Origin: an uncultured Nitrospiraceae bacterium
GTDB taxonomy: Bacteria; Nitrospirota; Thermodesulfovibrionia; Thermodesulfovibrionales; Dissulfurispiraceae
DNA: 64,000 bases
Assembly (NCBI GenBank): GCA_963727805.1
Contig: CAVSHF010000005.1
Location: 32,001 to 96,000 of the forward strand
Direction: 5' to 3'
The translations under genes were made by a program, and so were the position numbers. Of the stretch, positions 1 through 9,889 are shown one piece after another. Below the pieces are notes generated by a model that saw only the letters and a program-made list of their open reading frames with translations, was not told where the DNA came from and did no database searches. How positions within the stretch are numbered: position 1 is the first letter of the stretch; each line of letters starts with the position of its first letter.

Positions 1-162
1 CTGTCCAACTTCATTATAAATAGTAAGGAATGTGATAAGAGTGATAACAGGCATAGTGGCAAGAAATGCTGCGAGAAGACTCTTGGTATGACTAGCAAAA
101 TAAGTAACGCTACTTATTACTATCCCACCGATTAAGAAGTAAAGAATATATTTTAAGGTCAT
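1..162 (-). CDS. Small membrane protein, DUF3147-like (runs off the left edge)
   Basis: Manual translation MTLKYILYFLIGGIVISSVTYFASHTKSLLAAFLATMPVITLITF..., hydrophobic. Confidence 0.55.
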   Translation of the reverse strand, partial: MTLKYILYFLIGGIVISSVTYFASHTKSLLAAFLATMPVITLITFLTIYNEVGQ

Positions 163-250
163 ACAATTTTACTTTCAAAATTAATGCATTTGTCGGCAAA
201 AGCGAAGTGACACTCCCACGCGGCAAGCCGCGGGGCATCTTGAGCGCAGC

Positions 251-679
251 TCAAAAGAGCTGCGCAGGCCCTTGCTCATCTTGACGATGATGCCTTATAT
301 ACTTTTCGACAATTTGCCGAGTCATACGGTCTCCGACAGTTCGGGCGAAATATCTATCCTCCCACAACTGCCCGCTCCACAATCGTTGCTTGATTCGAGG
401 GAACTCACGAAACAGCTCCCTTGCGCTTATACTTTTCAGTGCCCTAACAACTTGCCCAATTGAATACTTCGGATGAAACGACATCAGTATATGAACGTGG
501 TCTACTCCGACTTCCATCTCCTGTATCTCAAATTCATACTCGTCGCTGATTTCACGAAAGAGCTGTTCCGCTCGTTGCCTAAGTTCAGCATCCTGAAATA
601 TTGTCTTGCGTCGTTTCGGACACCATACCAGGTGGTATGTCGTGTCGTAGACCACATGACTCGCCCTTTTGAGTGCCAT
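251..679 (-). CDS. tnpA: IS200/IS605 Y1 HUH transposase
   Basis: YHLVWCPK, DHVH (HUH), LW..YF, KYI motifs. Confidence 0.95.
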   Translation of the reverse strand: MALKRASHVVYDTTYHLVWCPKRRKTIFQDAELRQRAEQLFREISDEYEFEIQEMEVGVDHVHILMSFHPKYSIGQVVRALKSISARELFREFPRIKQRLWSGQLWEDRYFARTVGDRMTRQIVEKYIRHHRQDEQGPAQLF

Positions 680-784
680 ACCATATGTTATACCACACTA
701 CGCAAGGGCCTTAGCGGATAAGGGAGACTCCCTGTCTCCCTTATAACCCTCTAGGCAAGGCATGCATTCATCCCACGCGGCAAG

Positions 785-2467
785 CAGGCTGTCCGACAAT
801 TATCAAGTTATCCGGTGGTAGAATATATTTAAGAACGATATCAAGGAGTACACCCGATGGCATACATTGAGTCGTATGGAGGGCAATCCTGGCTACTGCC
901 GCCGAGTTTAGAAGATATGATACCCGAAGATCATATTTGTTTTCTCATTGAAGGATTGGTTGACTCCCTGGATTATGGTTGCTTCGATATCCGCTATTCA
1001 GGTGCCGGACATCCGGCATATCATCCAAAAATGCTGGTGAAGTTGCTGATCATGGGAGTTCTGGACAGGGTGCGCTCATCTCGTCGACTGGCACGCAATG
1101 CCAGAGAGAACGTGGTGTATATATATTTGGCGGAGAAGCTGACTCCTGACTTCAGGACTATCAGCGATTTCAGAAAGAACAACCCTGATCTACTAAAGGA
1201 AGTCTTCAAGCACACAGTTAGTTTTGCCAAAGAGGAAGGATTGTTGGATTTGTCGCATCTGTCGACAGATGGAACCAAAGTGAAGGCAAATGCATCAAAC
1301 AGGCGAGTATTAACAAAAGAGGAGTTGGCGGTTCTGAGAAGCTTTGTCGATGGTGAGCTTCAGGAGTGGGCAGAGATTGATGAGAGTGAGGATCGGCAGT
1401 TCGGTGAACTACGGGGTAGCGACCAACTGTCCCGGCAGGGCAAAAAACTTGTTCAGAAAGCTGCACAGTACTATGTTAAGAGGGCTAAAGAAGAAGGGCA
1501 TGTTTTTATAGGTCGACTCAGAGAAGGTCTTCAAGGAGCTCAAGACAAAGTTAATGAGGAAGGGCTAAAGCAGGTAAGCACGACAGATCCTGATAGTCGT
1601 TTTATGAAAAATAAGAAAGGCAGGATAGAGCTTTCTTATAATCCTCAGGTGACAGTGGATAAGGGTGGGTTCATTTTGGCTAGTGACGTGGGGCAGAATG
1701 CTGCAGATGTCAGCCAGTTGCAACCTCAGGTTATACAAACCACAGAGAATCTTGGCGGAATTGCTGATAGTATTATTTGGAGTTTTGATTCTGGATATTT
1801 TAGCGGTGAGAACATTGCATTTCTATCGGACAGGAAGATAGATGCATACATGCCTGACAATAGTGGGACGCGGGCAAACAACCCATACGACAAGAAGAAC
1901 TTTACATACAATAAACAAAGGGATGAGTATATTTGTCCTGCTGATCACCCGCTAACATTCTTGGGCGAACATTTTGACAGACAGAGGGACAAGATGGTGA
2001 GAGTCTATCGTGGTCAGAGATGCTTGGGATGTGAGCATCAGCGACTGTGTACCAAACAGAAGGACGGCATACGCTCTCTGAAGGTGTTCCCTCACGAAGT
2101 TCACTGCAATGCGATGACTGAAAAAATGAAAACGCCTGCAGCAAGATATATATATAAGCTTAGACAACAGATTGTTGAACCTGTGATCGGCGATATCAAG
2201 GAGAACAAAGGATTGCGAACATTTCTGACGAGAGGAATTAATTCGGTAAGGTCGGAATTTAACCTTGCCTGTACGGCAGTAAATCTGAAAAAGATATGGG
2301 AATGCCTGAAGGGAAGAGGAAAGCCTCCGAAAGAGGGCAACTACTGCCATACGCCAAGGAAGCTTTTGCTGGAGATACTATGTATAAAGCAGATAGCCCC
2401 GTTATGTTTTCAGGATGGCGAGGCATCCGTCATTTGTCTCTAATTTCGATAATTGTCGGACAGCCTG
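785..2467 (+). mobile_element. IS1182-family IS, copy 1 (1683 bp)
   Basis: Terminal IR CAGGCTGTCCGACAATTATC; flanking duplication CAAG (or GCAAGC if the IR is drawn 1 bp shorter). Confidence 0.92.
857..2443 (+). CDS. IS1182-family DDE transposase
   Basis: LLPPSL..IPEDH, G.PAYHP, PDFRTISDFR, DGTKVKANAS, TDPDSR, YN.Q, VEPVIG.IK. Confidence 0.95.
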   Translation: MAYIESYGGQSWLLPPSLEDMIPEDHICFLIEGLVDSLDYGCFDIRYSGAGHPAYHPKMLVKLLIMGVLDRVRSSRRLARNARENVVYIYLAEKLTPDFRTISDFRKNNPDLLKEVFKHTVSFAKEEGLLDLSHLSTDGTKVKANASNRRVLTKEELAVLRSFVDGELQEWAEIDESEDRQFGELRGSDQLSRQGKKLVQKAAQYYVKRAKEEGHVFIGRLREGLQGAQDKVNEEGLKQVSTTDPDSRFMKNKKGRIELSYNPQVTVDKGGFILASDVGQNAADVSQLQPQVIQTTENLGGIADSIIWSFDSGYFSGENIAFLSDRKIDAYMPDNSGTRANNPYDKKNFTYNKQRDEYICPADHPLTFLGEHFDRQRDKMVRVYRGQRCLGCEHQRLCTKQKDGIRSLKVFPHEVHCNAMTEKMKTPAARYIYKLRQQIVEPVIGDIKENKGLRTFLTRGINSVRSEFNLACTAVNLKKIWECLKGRGKPPKEGNYCHTPRKLLLEILCIKQIAPLCFQDGEASVICL

Positions 2468-2744
2468 CAAGCCGCGGGGCACTCTGCAAAGGCTTTCGGT
2501 AGTCGCCCTAAAATAGCAAGAAATGCAAGCAAAATAGCTATGACAATGAGAAAGATAAACCACCATTTCGTCGGTTTCGCGAGTGATCCTGAAGGATTCT
2601 TCACTAGACCGAAGGTTTTAATATTTTTCCCCATCCTTACATGATTAGTATAACCTATTGATGTCGTATACAAAAGCCATTGACTAGTATTTTGGGGACA
2701 ACGTTCATCTACACCCGCAAAGCTTTATTTCAACCTAGAAACTT

Positions 2745-3441
2745 CTACTTATAATCGCGAGTCCGCCCGTTAAGCTACAGATACGATGGTCGAGTAGGCC
2801 GGTGGAATCGCACCACCAGCCCCTCACAGATTCCGTACGTGAACCTCTCGATTCATACGGCTCGTGTCAATCATCAAGTTGAGTCTTTGCAGTCTCAACC
2901 ATACACATTGAGCGATAGTTCCTCCTGGTCACCCAGTTGACTGGTACTCTTTGTGGATTGACCCATCCCCTTCCCTCCACGGCTTATTATCACCGCTTCA
3001 TCGGTACTATTGGACGGTCCGACCCCTTCACCTGCATCGATACTTTCCCCCTTCGTTTGCACTTATAGGGTTTTCTCTTAGCATCAGATGAAGAGTTCCC
3101 GCGTTCCACACAGGAGCCTAGATCAGCTTCATGCCGCCTCTATGCCGGACGCCGTTCAGGCAGTAAACAGGTATCTCCTGAACTAATCCTGATGCAAAGT
3201 AAGAACATCAGTTTTGACGTCGTCCTTTTCCTTTCGACACCTCATCAGCGGTTCGCTTACGCTCATCTCTCTGATCCATCCCTGACACGATCTAGTCGTG
3301 CCTTTTCCTTTAACGCTCACCACCGGAGCCTTTCGACTACAGCAGCTTAAGGTGGGTTGAAGCCTGCTCCTGCAAGCCGGCTTCGAGGGGCCAACCCTCA
3401 TCTTCCTGTGCAGCCTCGTGGCGCACTTACGACCGGAAAGT
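2745..3441 (+). repeat. 59-bp array site A, split by an ORF-less group II intron
   Basis: CTACTTATAAT (2745-2755) + 33 nt | intron | TTACGACCGGAAAGT (3427-3441). Confidence 0.85.
2789..3426 (-). ncRNA. ORF-less group II intron (638 nt), copy 1
   Basis: 5' GTGCGCC, domain V GAGCCGTATGAATCGAGAGGTTCACGTACGG, 3' end CTACTCGAC; 5' half similar to the RT intron at 13111-14945; no ORF. Confidence 0.92.
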
Positions 3442-3503
3442 ATCTTGCTCAGTTCTCAAACCGAATCCTTTGCTGCCGAATGTCACAAGGTATAGCGACC
3501 TAG

Positions 3504-4091
3504 TCAGTTTGCGCCCGCTGGTTGGCCTTTCCTATCAATCCCCATGGAAGGGCTGCGATCATGCTTGCTTGCTCTCGCTCTATCAGCAATTGACCTGATT
3601 TCACCCAAAAAATCTTTCATTGCTATTTCAGTTTCGTTCTGAATACTCCCCATAATATAGCTGTTCGTTTTTTTAACAGCATCGTTGATAACTTTCAGTT
3701 CGCGCTGACCTTCCGGGGTTTTGTAATGCGCGATTGCAGCACGCATATCACTTTCTGGCAGCCCATCAACTAAGGATGCTGAATATATTCTTGCTGCCTC
3801 CGCCGAATTCCAGGAATTAGTAACTCTGTGACCAAACTCCTGCGCCGCTACTTTAAATTCTTTCAAGGCTGAGTCGGGTATATTCGGATTGGAGTTCTGA
3901 AGCTGTGCAATGATGCCATCCATTTGTCCCTCAACCATTTTGATTGTATCCTTGCGTACCGATTCTAGCATTGAATCAAATCCAAGAACCTGCATCAAAT
4001 CTTTTGCTAGTTCCGTTTGGTCTGCCGCTAATGCAATATTTGATGTCGTACCAATCAGAATAACAACCACAAACATAATAATTTTCTTCAT
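3504..4091 (-). CDS. Secreted DUF2059-like protein
   Basis: Signal peptide; 'DMRAAIAHYKTPEGQR' resembles the DUF2059 motif. Confidence 0.65.
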   Translation of the reverse strand: MKKIIMFVVVILIGTTSNIALAADQTELAKDLMQVLGFDSMLESVRKDTIKMVEGQMDGIIAQLQNSNPNIPDSALKEFKVAAQEFGHRVTNSWNSAEAARIYSASLVDGLPESDMRAAIAHYKTPEGQRELKVINDAVKKTNSYIMGSIQNETEIAMKDFLGEIRSIADRARASKHDRSPSMGIDRKGQPAGAN

Positions 4092-4108
4092 AATCATCTC
4101 CTTTTGTC

Positions 4109-4177
4109 TTGCCACTAAGAATCTCACTGGGAGGCGTGGGGAGTTTCACGCCGATCCAGTGAAGCGTGATGTTATAT
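4109..4177 (-). repeat. Degenerate integron attC-like site
   Basis: ATATAAC just after the lepB stop, palindromic core GCTTCACTGGATCGGCGTGAAA..CACGCCTCCCAGTGAG; R' GTT box degenerate. Confidence 0.6.
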
Positions 4178-4185
4178 CGGCTTTA

Positions 4186-5034
4186 TTATTGAACAGGCTT
4201 ACCAATCCTGTCCCAACGAACCTCGCGATTCACTTTATCCCATGACCAATACAAACTCATGACCTTGCCCTCAATTGTATCCTTTGGAACATAGCCCCAG
4301 AAGCGGCTATCGTAGCTCTGATCACGATTGTCGCCCATAACGAATAATTTTCCCGGCGGAATGGTAACTGGACCAAAATTGTCTCTTGGGTCTCGAAAAC
4401 TGCTGGAATCAGTATTGATCTTGTAAGGTTCTGATTGTTCTTTACCATTAATATAAAGTCTTTTGTCTCTGATCTCGACAATATCGCCTTCAACAGCAAT
4501 GAGTCTTTTGAGCCAAGCACGTGAGGGATCCTCAGGATAGGGGAATATGATGATGTCGCCACGCTTTGGTTCTGCAGTTTTATATATTAATTTGTTCACC
4601 AGAATATGATCGCCGAGTAGCAATGTCGGCATCATGGCACCGGAGGATATGTTGTATGCCCGAATCAAATTGGCTTTTACGCCAGCAGATACAAGCGTTG
4701 ATACCAAAAATGATAAAACAACAACGTAGCCAACATATACAAACCATCTGTTATATTTTGCTACTTCGTAGTTCTCTTTATGTTTTTTTGCGATTGATAC
4801 CGCGTCGACGACACAAAAGACGATAAAAGCTAGGCCGCCAACTAACGCGAAGACCAAGGAAGCAGGGTTGGGTACAATGATAAGCACTGAAACTGCAAAG
4901 ACAATCAATAAACATTGCTCAATACCGAATAATATCAGACCTCTTTTGGGGCTGCCCGAGTATAGGTGACCAAGACCCCTTGTCAGTAATGTTAGTAGTG
5001 CAGCGATCCATGGTCGCCTGGGCTTATTGGTCAC
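4186..5034 (-). CDS. lepB: Signal peptidase I with N-terminal membrane domain
   Basis: S.AMMPTL..GD, KRLIA..GD, GDNRDQSYDSRFWG. Confidence 0.92.
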   Translation of the reverse strand: MTNKPRRPWIAALLTLLTRGLGHLYSGSPKRGLILFGIEQCLLIVFAVSVLIIVPNPASLVFALVGGLAFIVFCVVDAVSIAKKHKENYEVAKYNRWFVYVGYVVVLSFLVSTLVSAGVKANLIRAYNISSGAMMPTLLLGDHILVNKLIYKTAEPKRGDIIIFPYPEDPSRAWLKRLIAVEGDIVEIRDKRLYINGKEQSEPYKINTDSSSFRDPRDNFGPVTIPPGKLFVMGDNRDQSYDSRFWGYVPKDTIEGKVMSLYWSWDKVNREVRWDRIGKPVQ

Positions 5035-5168
5035 AGTATGCCCCCCAATATTTGATAAATAACAATTATTAAGCCAACTTGGTATTTACTGCCAAAAGTA
5101 TATCACATTGCAACGGAGATTAGAACAAAATCCATTAAAAGTATTTGTCACAATTGCGTTCGTGTGTT

Positions 5169-5227
5169 CTACTTATCATTGCGATTGCGTCACCCACGCC
5201 GCGGACGCTATGTTTCAGCTGATAATT
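5169..5227 (+). repeat. 59-bp array site B
   Basis: CTACTTATCAT-N33-TTTCAGCTGATAATT; internal GCGTC/GACGC stem. Confidence 0.7.
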
Positions 5228-5344
5228 GTCAATATTTGAGCCGGAGCATCGCAAATCTTAATTCCTCGACGCCCCGGCTAAGGGGAAGGTCTTGCTGCGT
5301 TGATCTCCTATGTCAGAACTCTGGATGTTGTTTGTCTGCTCCGC

Positions 5345-5527
5345 TTATTTCCTCTTTAAGCCAGGCGCCCTTAGTGCCAGTCTCGGTCTGATGGTGGGAA
5401 CAACACGTTCAAACTGGCGGGGCCGATCTTCCTCTCGCATGTACCCTCTGGCAGTCTGGAATTCACCAGCCTCGGCAAAGGTAATAGCTAAAAACATATT
5501 TTCTAGATTCTTTCCAAATGTTTTCAT
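5345..5527 (-). CDS. Small conserved-type hypothetical protein (ITFAEAGE motif)
   Basis: RBS AAGGAG upstream; sigma54-like promoter upstream. Confidence 0.7.
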   Translation of the reverse strand: MKTFGKNLENMFLAITFAEAGEFQTARGYMREEDRPRQFERVVPTIRPRLALRAPGLKRK

Positions 5528-5574
5528 AATAATCTCCTTTGGTACTTACATTTTGATATCGTCGATATTTACAT

Positions 5575-5591
5575 AGCATTTATCATGCCGA
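5575..5591 (-). promoter_or_regulatory. Putative sigma54 -24/-12 promoter
   Basis: TCGGCATGATAAATGCT on the - strand matches the GG-N10-GC pattern. Confidence 0.55.
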
Positions 5592-5867
5592 TTTGCATTC
5601 TGTGGATATATAAGGAATTAGCTCGGAATTAAACGCTCACAGGCGTTTCAATTTGTAATAATTTAATTAAGCATAGAGCACCCGTCTATGTAGGAATGGG
5701 CTTCCCTTTGTATGTTTGATGGCAAATATCAGATTAACGGGAGCAACGTTGCATTAATTATTTCCCCATTGCTAATTGCAACATACGGAGTGGAAATAAC
5801 CATATTACTGATGCTACTGAATTAGCAGACTTGCAGATGGCATCGAGAACTTGCTCGTTCGGTGTTT

Positions 5868-5926
5868 CTACTTAAAATCTCGATCATGTCATTTGGGGCC
5901 AGAGCTGGAGAATATTTCTGGCAATC
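5868..5926 (+). repeat. 59-bp array site C
   Basis: CTACTTAAAAT-N33-ATATTTCTGGCAATC. Confidence 0.78.
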
Positions 5927-6053
5927 ATCGCATTAAACCATGTCGAAATATGAAGCTAATTTGACCGAAACACCACGACGTGTCAGACTTAATCATTCCC
6001 GCATGCATTAGGGAAATCAACATTCTGGTTTTTGATGGTAAAGTAACAGTGCT

Positions 6054-6641
6054 ATGAAAAAGCTCGGCCGGTCATTTTTTCATCAAGACGCGATCAAGCT
6101 TGCGCGCGCTTTGATCGGAACAATTCTCGTGCATCGTGTTCGGGGCAAGGAATACCGGGCGCGCATCGTAGAAACCGAAGCATATCTCGGCCCCAATGAC
6201 CTTGCTTCCCACTCCTCCAAAGGCAGAACAAAACGGACCGAGGTCATGTTCGGCCCTGCTGGTCATGCGTACGTCTACCTCATCTACGGGATGTACAACA
6301 TGTTCAATATTGTCGCGGGTGAAACTGGCAAACCACAGGCCGTGCTCATCCGCGCGGCCGAACCTCTCGATGAGTGGCGAGCTGATCTTTCCGGCCCTGG
6401 CAAACTCACGCGCGCTCTCAAAATCACTCGCTCTTACAATAGCATGGATCTATGCGGCGACAGGTTGTATCTTCTCTCCGGTTCCCGAATACGACTGCGG
6501 ATAAAAAGAAGTAAACGTATCGGCATTGAGTACGCAAAAGAATGGAAAGATATGCTGTTGCGTTTTTATGATGCGGATAGTCCAGCAGTGAGTGGCAATG
6601 TAAGCTGCCGGACACGCCCCAGTAATGCCATGCTAATATGA
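6054..6641 (+). CDS. DNA-3-methyladenine glycosylase (MPG/AAG family)
   Basis: IVETEAYLG..D.ASHS, YVYLIYG, AVLIRA, GPGKL, RIGI. Confidence 0.93.
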   Translation: MKKLGRSFFHQDAIKLARALIGTILVHRVRGKEYRARIVETEAYLGPNDLASHSSKGRTKRTEVMFGPAGHAYVYLIYGMYNMFNIVAGETGKPQAVLIRAAEPLDEWRADLSGPGKLTRALKITRSYNSMDLCGDRLYLLSGSRIRLRIKRSKRIGIEYAKEWKDMLLRFYDADSPAVSGNVSCRTRPSNAMLI

Positions 6642-6759
6642 AAAAAAAAGGAACAGTAACGGGCATGGACAACACGGAAACAAGCGCAGGCATTACCGGG
6701 CGGCATGCGGAGTCTAAGTGGGACGTCTCAGCTACCCGATCCTCGATAACTACTCCTAC

Positions 6760-8405
6760 CCCAGTTAATTCATAAATTTTCAGAACTGAGCCGAATTGAA
6801 GCTGTTTCATCGCTGAGAGCACGGTAGAATGGATTGTCAGTCAACTTTTTGAGGTGACGAGAGGCTTGTGGTCGCATGCAATACGATGTATGGGACACTG
6901 CAGCCCTGTTTTGAGCGCACTTCACCCGTTGGAACTTTACTGTGCTTTTGGGCTTCGGGAAATTTCAGCAGGTATCAGCGGCAAGTCGTCGATATGCCAA
7001 GGCAAAGATGTCTTTCCAAGGATAGCCGCTCGCCAGGCGGAACCATACCCGTCTGGCTGTCTGAACTACTTGGCCGCCGATCTTTAAGATCCTTGTCCTG
7101 AGCTGCTGAATCTGCATCGATGAGAACTCTGTTTCAGCAAGCGCTTGTCTGAGCCGCAGTACGAGCCAATATGCAGCCATGTGCAGAAAAAGCCTGAACT
7201 GATTGGCAGCAAAACGATGGCAACTTAACCGATCCGCCTTCAGCCCGTTTTTGAATTCATCAATGCGCACCTCGCAAGTGCCACCGCGCTCTGTGTAGAA
7301 CTCGTAGAGTTGTTTGGCCTCCATAGAAAGATTCGTCACCACAAACCGACGGTTTGGTCCCTGCGGCAGCCATTCGGCCTTCATGATTACTCGGCGTTCT
7401 TTTTCCCAGCTCTGTGCCTGATAAAAACCCTCTGCAAAGAGTCGTTGCTTCTGTCCTGTCTTTTCGTGGAGAGATTGTACCTTCTCAAGAAGTCTTTCGA
7501 TCATTCGCTCCAGTACGTCGTTGCGAATAAGGCCGATTACATAACTCAGCTTTTCTTTCTCGCAGTACTCATATAAGGCCGGGATCGCAAACCCCGCGTC
7601 ACCTCGTATGATGATCTCAGCATTGGGAAACGCTGCCTGGAGCTTCGCCACTATCCGCTTCAAGATTGAAACCACGCCATAACTTGCGTGTCGATTGCCT
7701 GCCCTCAATACTGCTGTGATCATCTCTCCTGTATCAGCATCATAGACCAACAAAGGATGATACATATACTGATCATAGTAGCCGTGAAAAAAGGTGAGCT
7801 GTTGGTCCCCATATGTAGGATCGTCGGTGCCGTCGACATCAATGATGATTCGCTTTGGCTTACGCTTCCGGTTGCGACGGACATACAGATCAACAAACCA
7901 CTGCCCCATCCGATAAAGATCTTCTTGGGTTACGGTGTTCTCCAACCTCGACAGTGTAGGCTGCGATCCCAGTTCCTTGTCGCTTGGCATCCTGCCGCAA
8001 GCTGCTTTCAATGCGGGATCTTTCCTCAGAAAGTTCGCGTCATTGCAGTCTTCATAGCCTGCCACTATCTGATATATTCGCTGTCTCAGAAGAGTCAACA
8101 AGTCATGATCTGTGTACCGACAATCCCGCCGGTCTGTGATGCAGCTCGCCAATCCTTTCAAGAGTCCCAATGCTTGATCGGCCTGCCTGACAAGCAGAAG
8201 TCCGGAGTCAGATGTGATCTCTCCGCCTCCAAAATCCACCGTCAGTTTGCGCTTCCGCAGGAATGAAAATCCAAGCTGTTCTGTGTTACACTTTGTCATA
8301 GTAGCCAATGTCCTTTCTTGGGTTTTTGTTGCTCGCACCTTCAATAATACCAAGGTTCAAAGGACGTTGGCTATTTTTTTGCCGATTATTTATGAATTAT
8401 CTGGG
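6760..8405 (-). mobile_element. IS1380-family IS
   Basis: IR CCCAG(T/A)TAATTCATAAAT; 4-bp duplication CTAC. Confidence 0.92.
6965..8299 (-). CDS. IS1380 transposase
   Basis: F.GG.ITSD.G, GYED.ND, SQPTLSRLEN, RGDAGF, FAANQFRL. Confidence 0.95.
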   Translation of the reverse strand: MTKCNTEQLGFSFLRKRKLTVDFGGGEITSDSGLLLVRQADQALGLLKGLASCITDRRDCRYTDHDLLTLLRQRIYQIVAGYEDCNDANFLRKDPALKAACGRMPSDKELGSQPTLSRLENTVTQEDLYRMGQWFVDLYVRRNRKRKPKRIIIDVDGTDDPTYGDQQLTFFHGYYDQYMYHPLLVYDADTGEMITAVLRAGNRHASYGVVSILKRIVAKLQAAFPNAEIIIRGDAGFAIPALYEYCEKEKLSYVIGLIRNDVLERMIERLLEKVQSLHEKTGQKQRLFAEGFYQAQSWEKERRVIMKAEWLPQGPNRRFVVTNLSMEAKQLYEFYTERGGTCEVRIDEFKNGLKADRLSCHRFAANQFRLFLHMAAYWLVLRLRQALAETEFSSMQIQQLRTRILKIGGQVVQTARRVWFRLASGYPWKDIFALAYRRLAADTC

Positions 8406-8778
8406 CTACACATCACCGCAGGGATATTGCTCATTATTCAAGCTTTCTTCCGGTAATCTAGACCGAAGCTCTTCCAATGGAAATCTTACCTGCACCTGAT
8501 ACACAACATTCGGCCATCTAAGAGACAGTGTTGGTTTCCAGTATAATCTGCTAAAACATTTTGTCTCAATTCCTTCCTGTACACCGCAAGAAGAGCACCA
8601 TGTGAGGCACTGCGATTTTTGTCTGATAAGTAACGAGCCAAAGGAGATACATGAGATGCGACCTGCACCGGGATTATTGTGCTTGTCGTCTCATCCATTT
8701 GGGGCTATAGTGTTAGTACAAAGGTGAGTGGTGAGTATTGCAATGCACTGCAGTGAACTTAGAGGAAGGAGAAACACA

Positions 8779-9873
8779 ATGAACCGGTCTATTAAAGAAT
8801 TGACAAGGATCTTGTTGGTTGTTGCCATTCTTGCTGGTGGGACGCGGTCTGGAACTTCGGATGTCTTGGCCCAGGAGATTGATGGCAATGCCGCGAACGC
8901 CCAAAAGCTCGCCATGGAAGAATTCATAGTGCCGACGGCGGACCCCGGCATCAGTCTTTACCTGCGCAACAAGCATCCGCAAGGGGTAATGCAGTTCCCA
9001 GGCGAAAAGATCCTGCTCTTCGTGCATGGTGCCACCTACCCCGCCGAGACCACGTTCGATCTAAAGCTGAACGGCCTGTCCTGGATGGACTACATCGCGA
9101 GCCATGGCTATGACGTGTATCTGGTCGACGTACGCGGGTACGGCAAATCCACGCGCCCGCCCGAGATGGACAAGCCGGCTTTGGACAACGAGCCAATCGC
9201 CCGCACCGAGACCGCGGTCAAGGACGTTAGTGCGGCTGTGGATTTCATCCTTAAGCGTCGCGGCGTTTCGAAGATCAACCTACTGGGCTGGTCATGGGGC
9301 ACCGCCATCATGGGCTGGTACACCGCGCAGAACAACGACAAAGTCAACCGGCTGGTGCTCTTCGCACCAAAATGGATCCGCAACACCGCAGCGCTCACGG
9401 ATCCTGGCGGCAAGATCGGTGCCTACCGCACCGTGTCGCGCGACGCTGCGAAAGCCCGCTGGCTCACGGGCGTGGCGGAGGACAAGAAAGCGGCCTTGAT
9501 CCCGCCGGGCTGGTTCGATGCATGGGCGGACGCCACCTTCGCGACCGACCCGGCGGGCTCGAAGCAAACACCCCCCGTGCTGCGCGCGCCCAACGGGGTG
9601 GTGCAGGACGAGCGCACGTTCTGGAGTGCGGGAATGGCGTTGTACGACCCTGCAGGGATCCGCGTCCCTACCTTCCTGGCGCACGCCGAGTGGGATGCCG
9701 ACCTGCCGAGCTACATGCTGCACGCCTACTTCGCCAAGCTGACTAGTGCACCCTATAAGCGATACGTCGAAATAGGCGAAGGCACGCACACGGTCTTTAT
9801 GGAGAAGAACCGCATGCAACTATTCCGGGAGGTTCAGCAGTTCCTCGATGAAAGACTCAAGCCTAACCAGTGA
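8779..9873 (+). CDS. Secreted alpha/beta hydrolase
   Basis: VHGAT, D.RGYG.S, GWSWG nucleophile elbow, EGTH; the stop codon overlaps the end of the downstream IS605-type element. Confidence 0.9.
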   Translation: MNRSIKELTRILLVVAILAGGTRSGTSDVLAQEIDGNAANAQKLAMEEFIVPTADPGISLYLRNKHPQGVMQFPGEKILLFVHGATYPAETTFDLKLNGLSWMDYIASHGYDVYLVDVRGYGKSTRPPEMDKPALDNEPIARTETAVKDVSAAVDFILKRRGVSKINLLGWSWGTAIMGWYTAQNNDKVNRLVLFAPKWIRNTAALTDPGGKIGAYRTVSRDAAKARWLTGVAEDKKAALIPPGWFDAWADATFATDPAGSKQTPPVLRAPNGVVQDERTFWSAGMALYDPAGIRVPTFLAHAEWDADLPSYMLHAYFAKLTSAPYKRYVEIGEGTHTVFMEKNRMQLFREVQQFLDERLKPNQ

Positions 9874-9889
9874 CACTCCCCGTGGCTAG

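Larger units (their letters stand above)
207..2498 (-). mobile_element. IS200/IS605-family element (tnpA only), with IS1182 inserted in its left-end hairpin
   Basis: Subterminal hairpins CCCACGCGG-CAAG-CCGCGGGG at both ends; on the - strand preceded by CTAC and ending in TCAC; encodes TnpA. Confidence 0.85.
6750..8458 (+). repeat. 59-bp array site P, split by IS1380
   Basis: Removing the IS and one CTAC gives CTACTCCTACA-N33-TTTCTTCCGGTAATC. Confidence 0.8.
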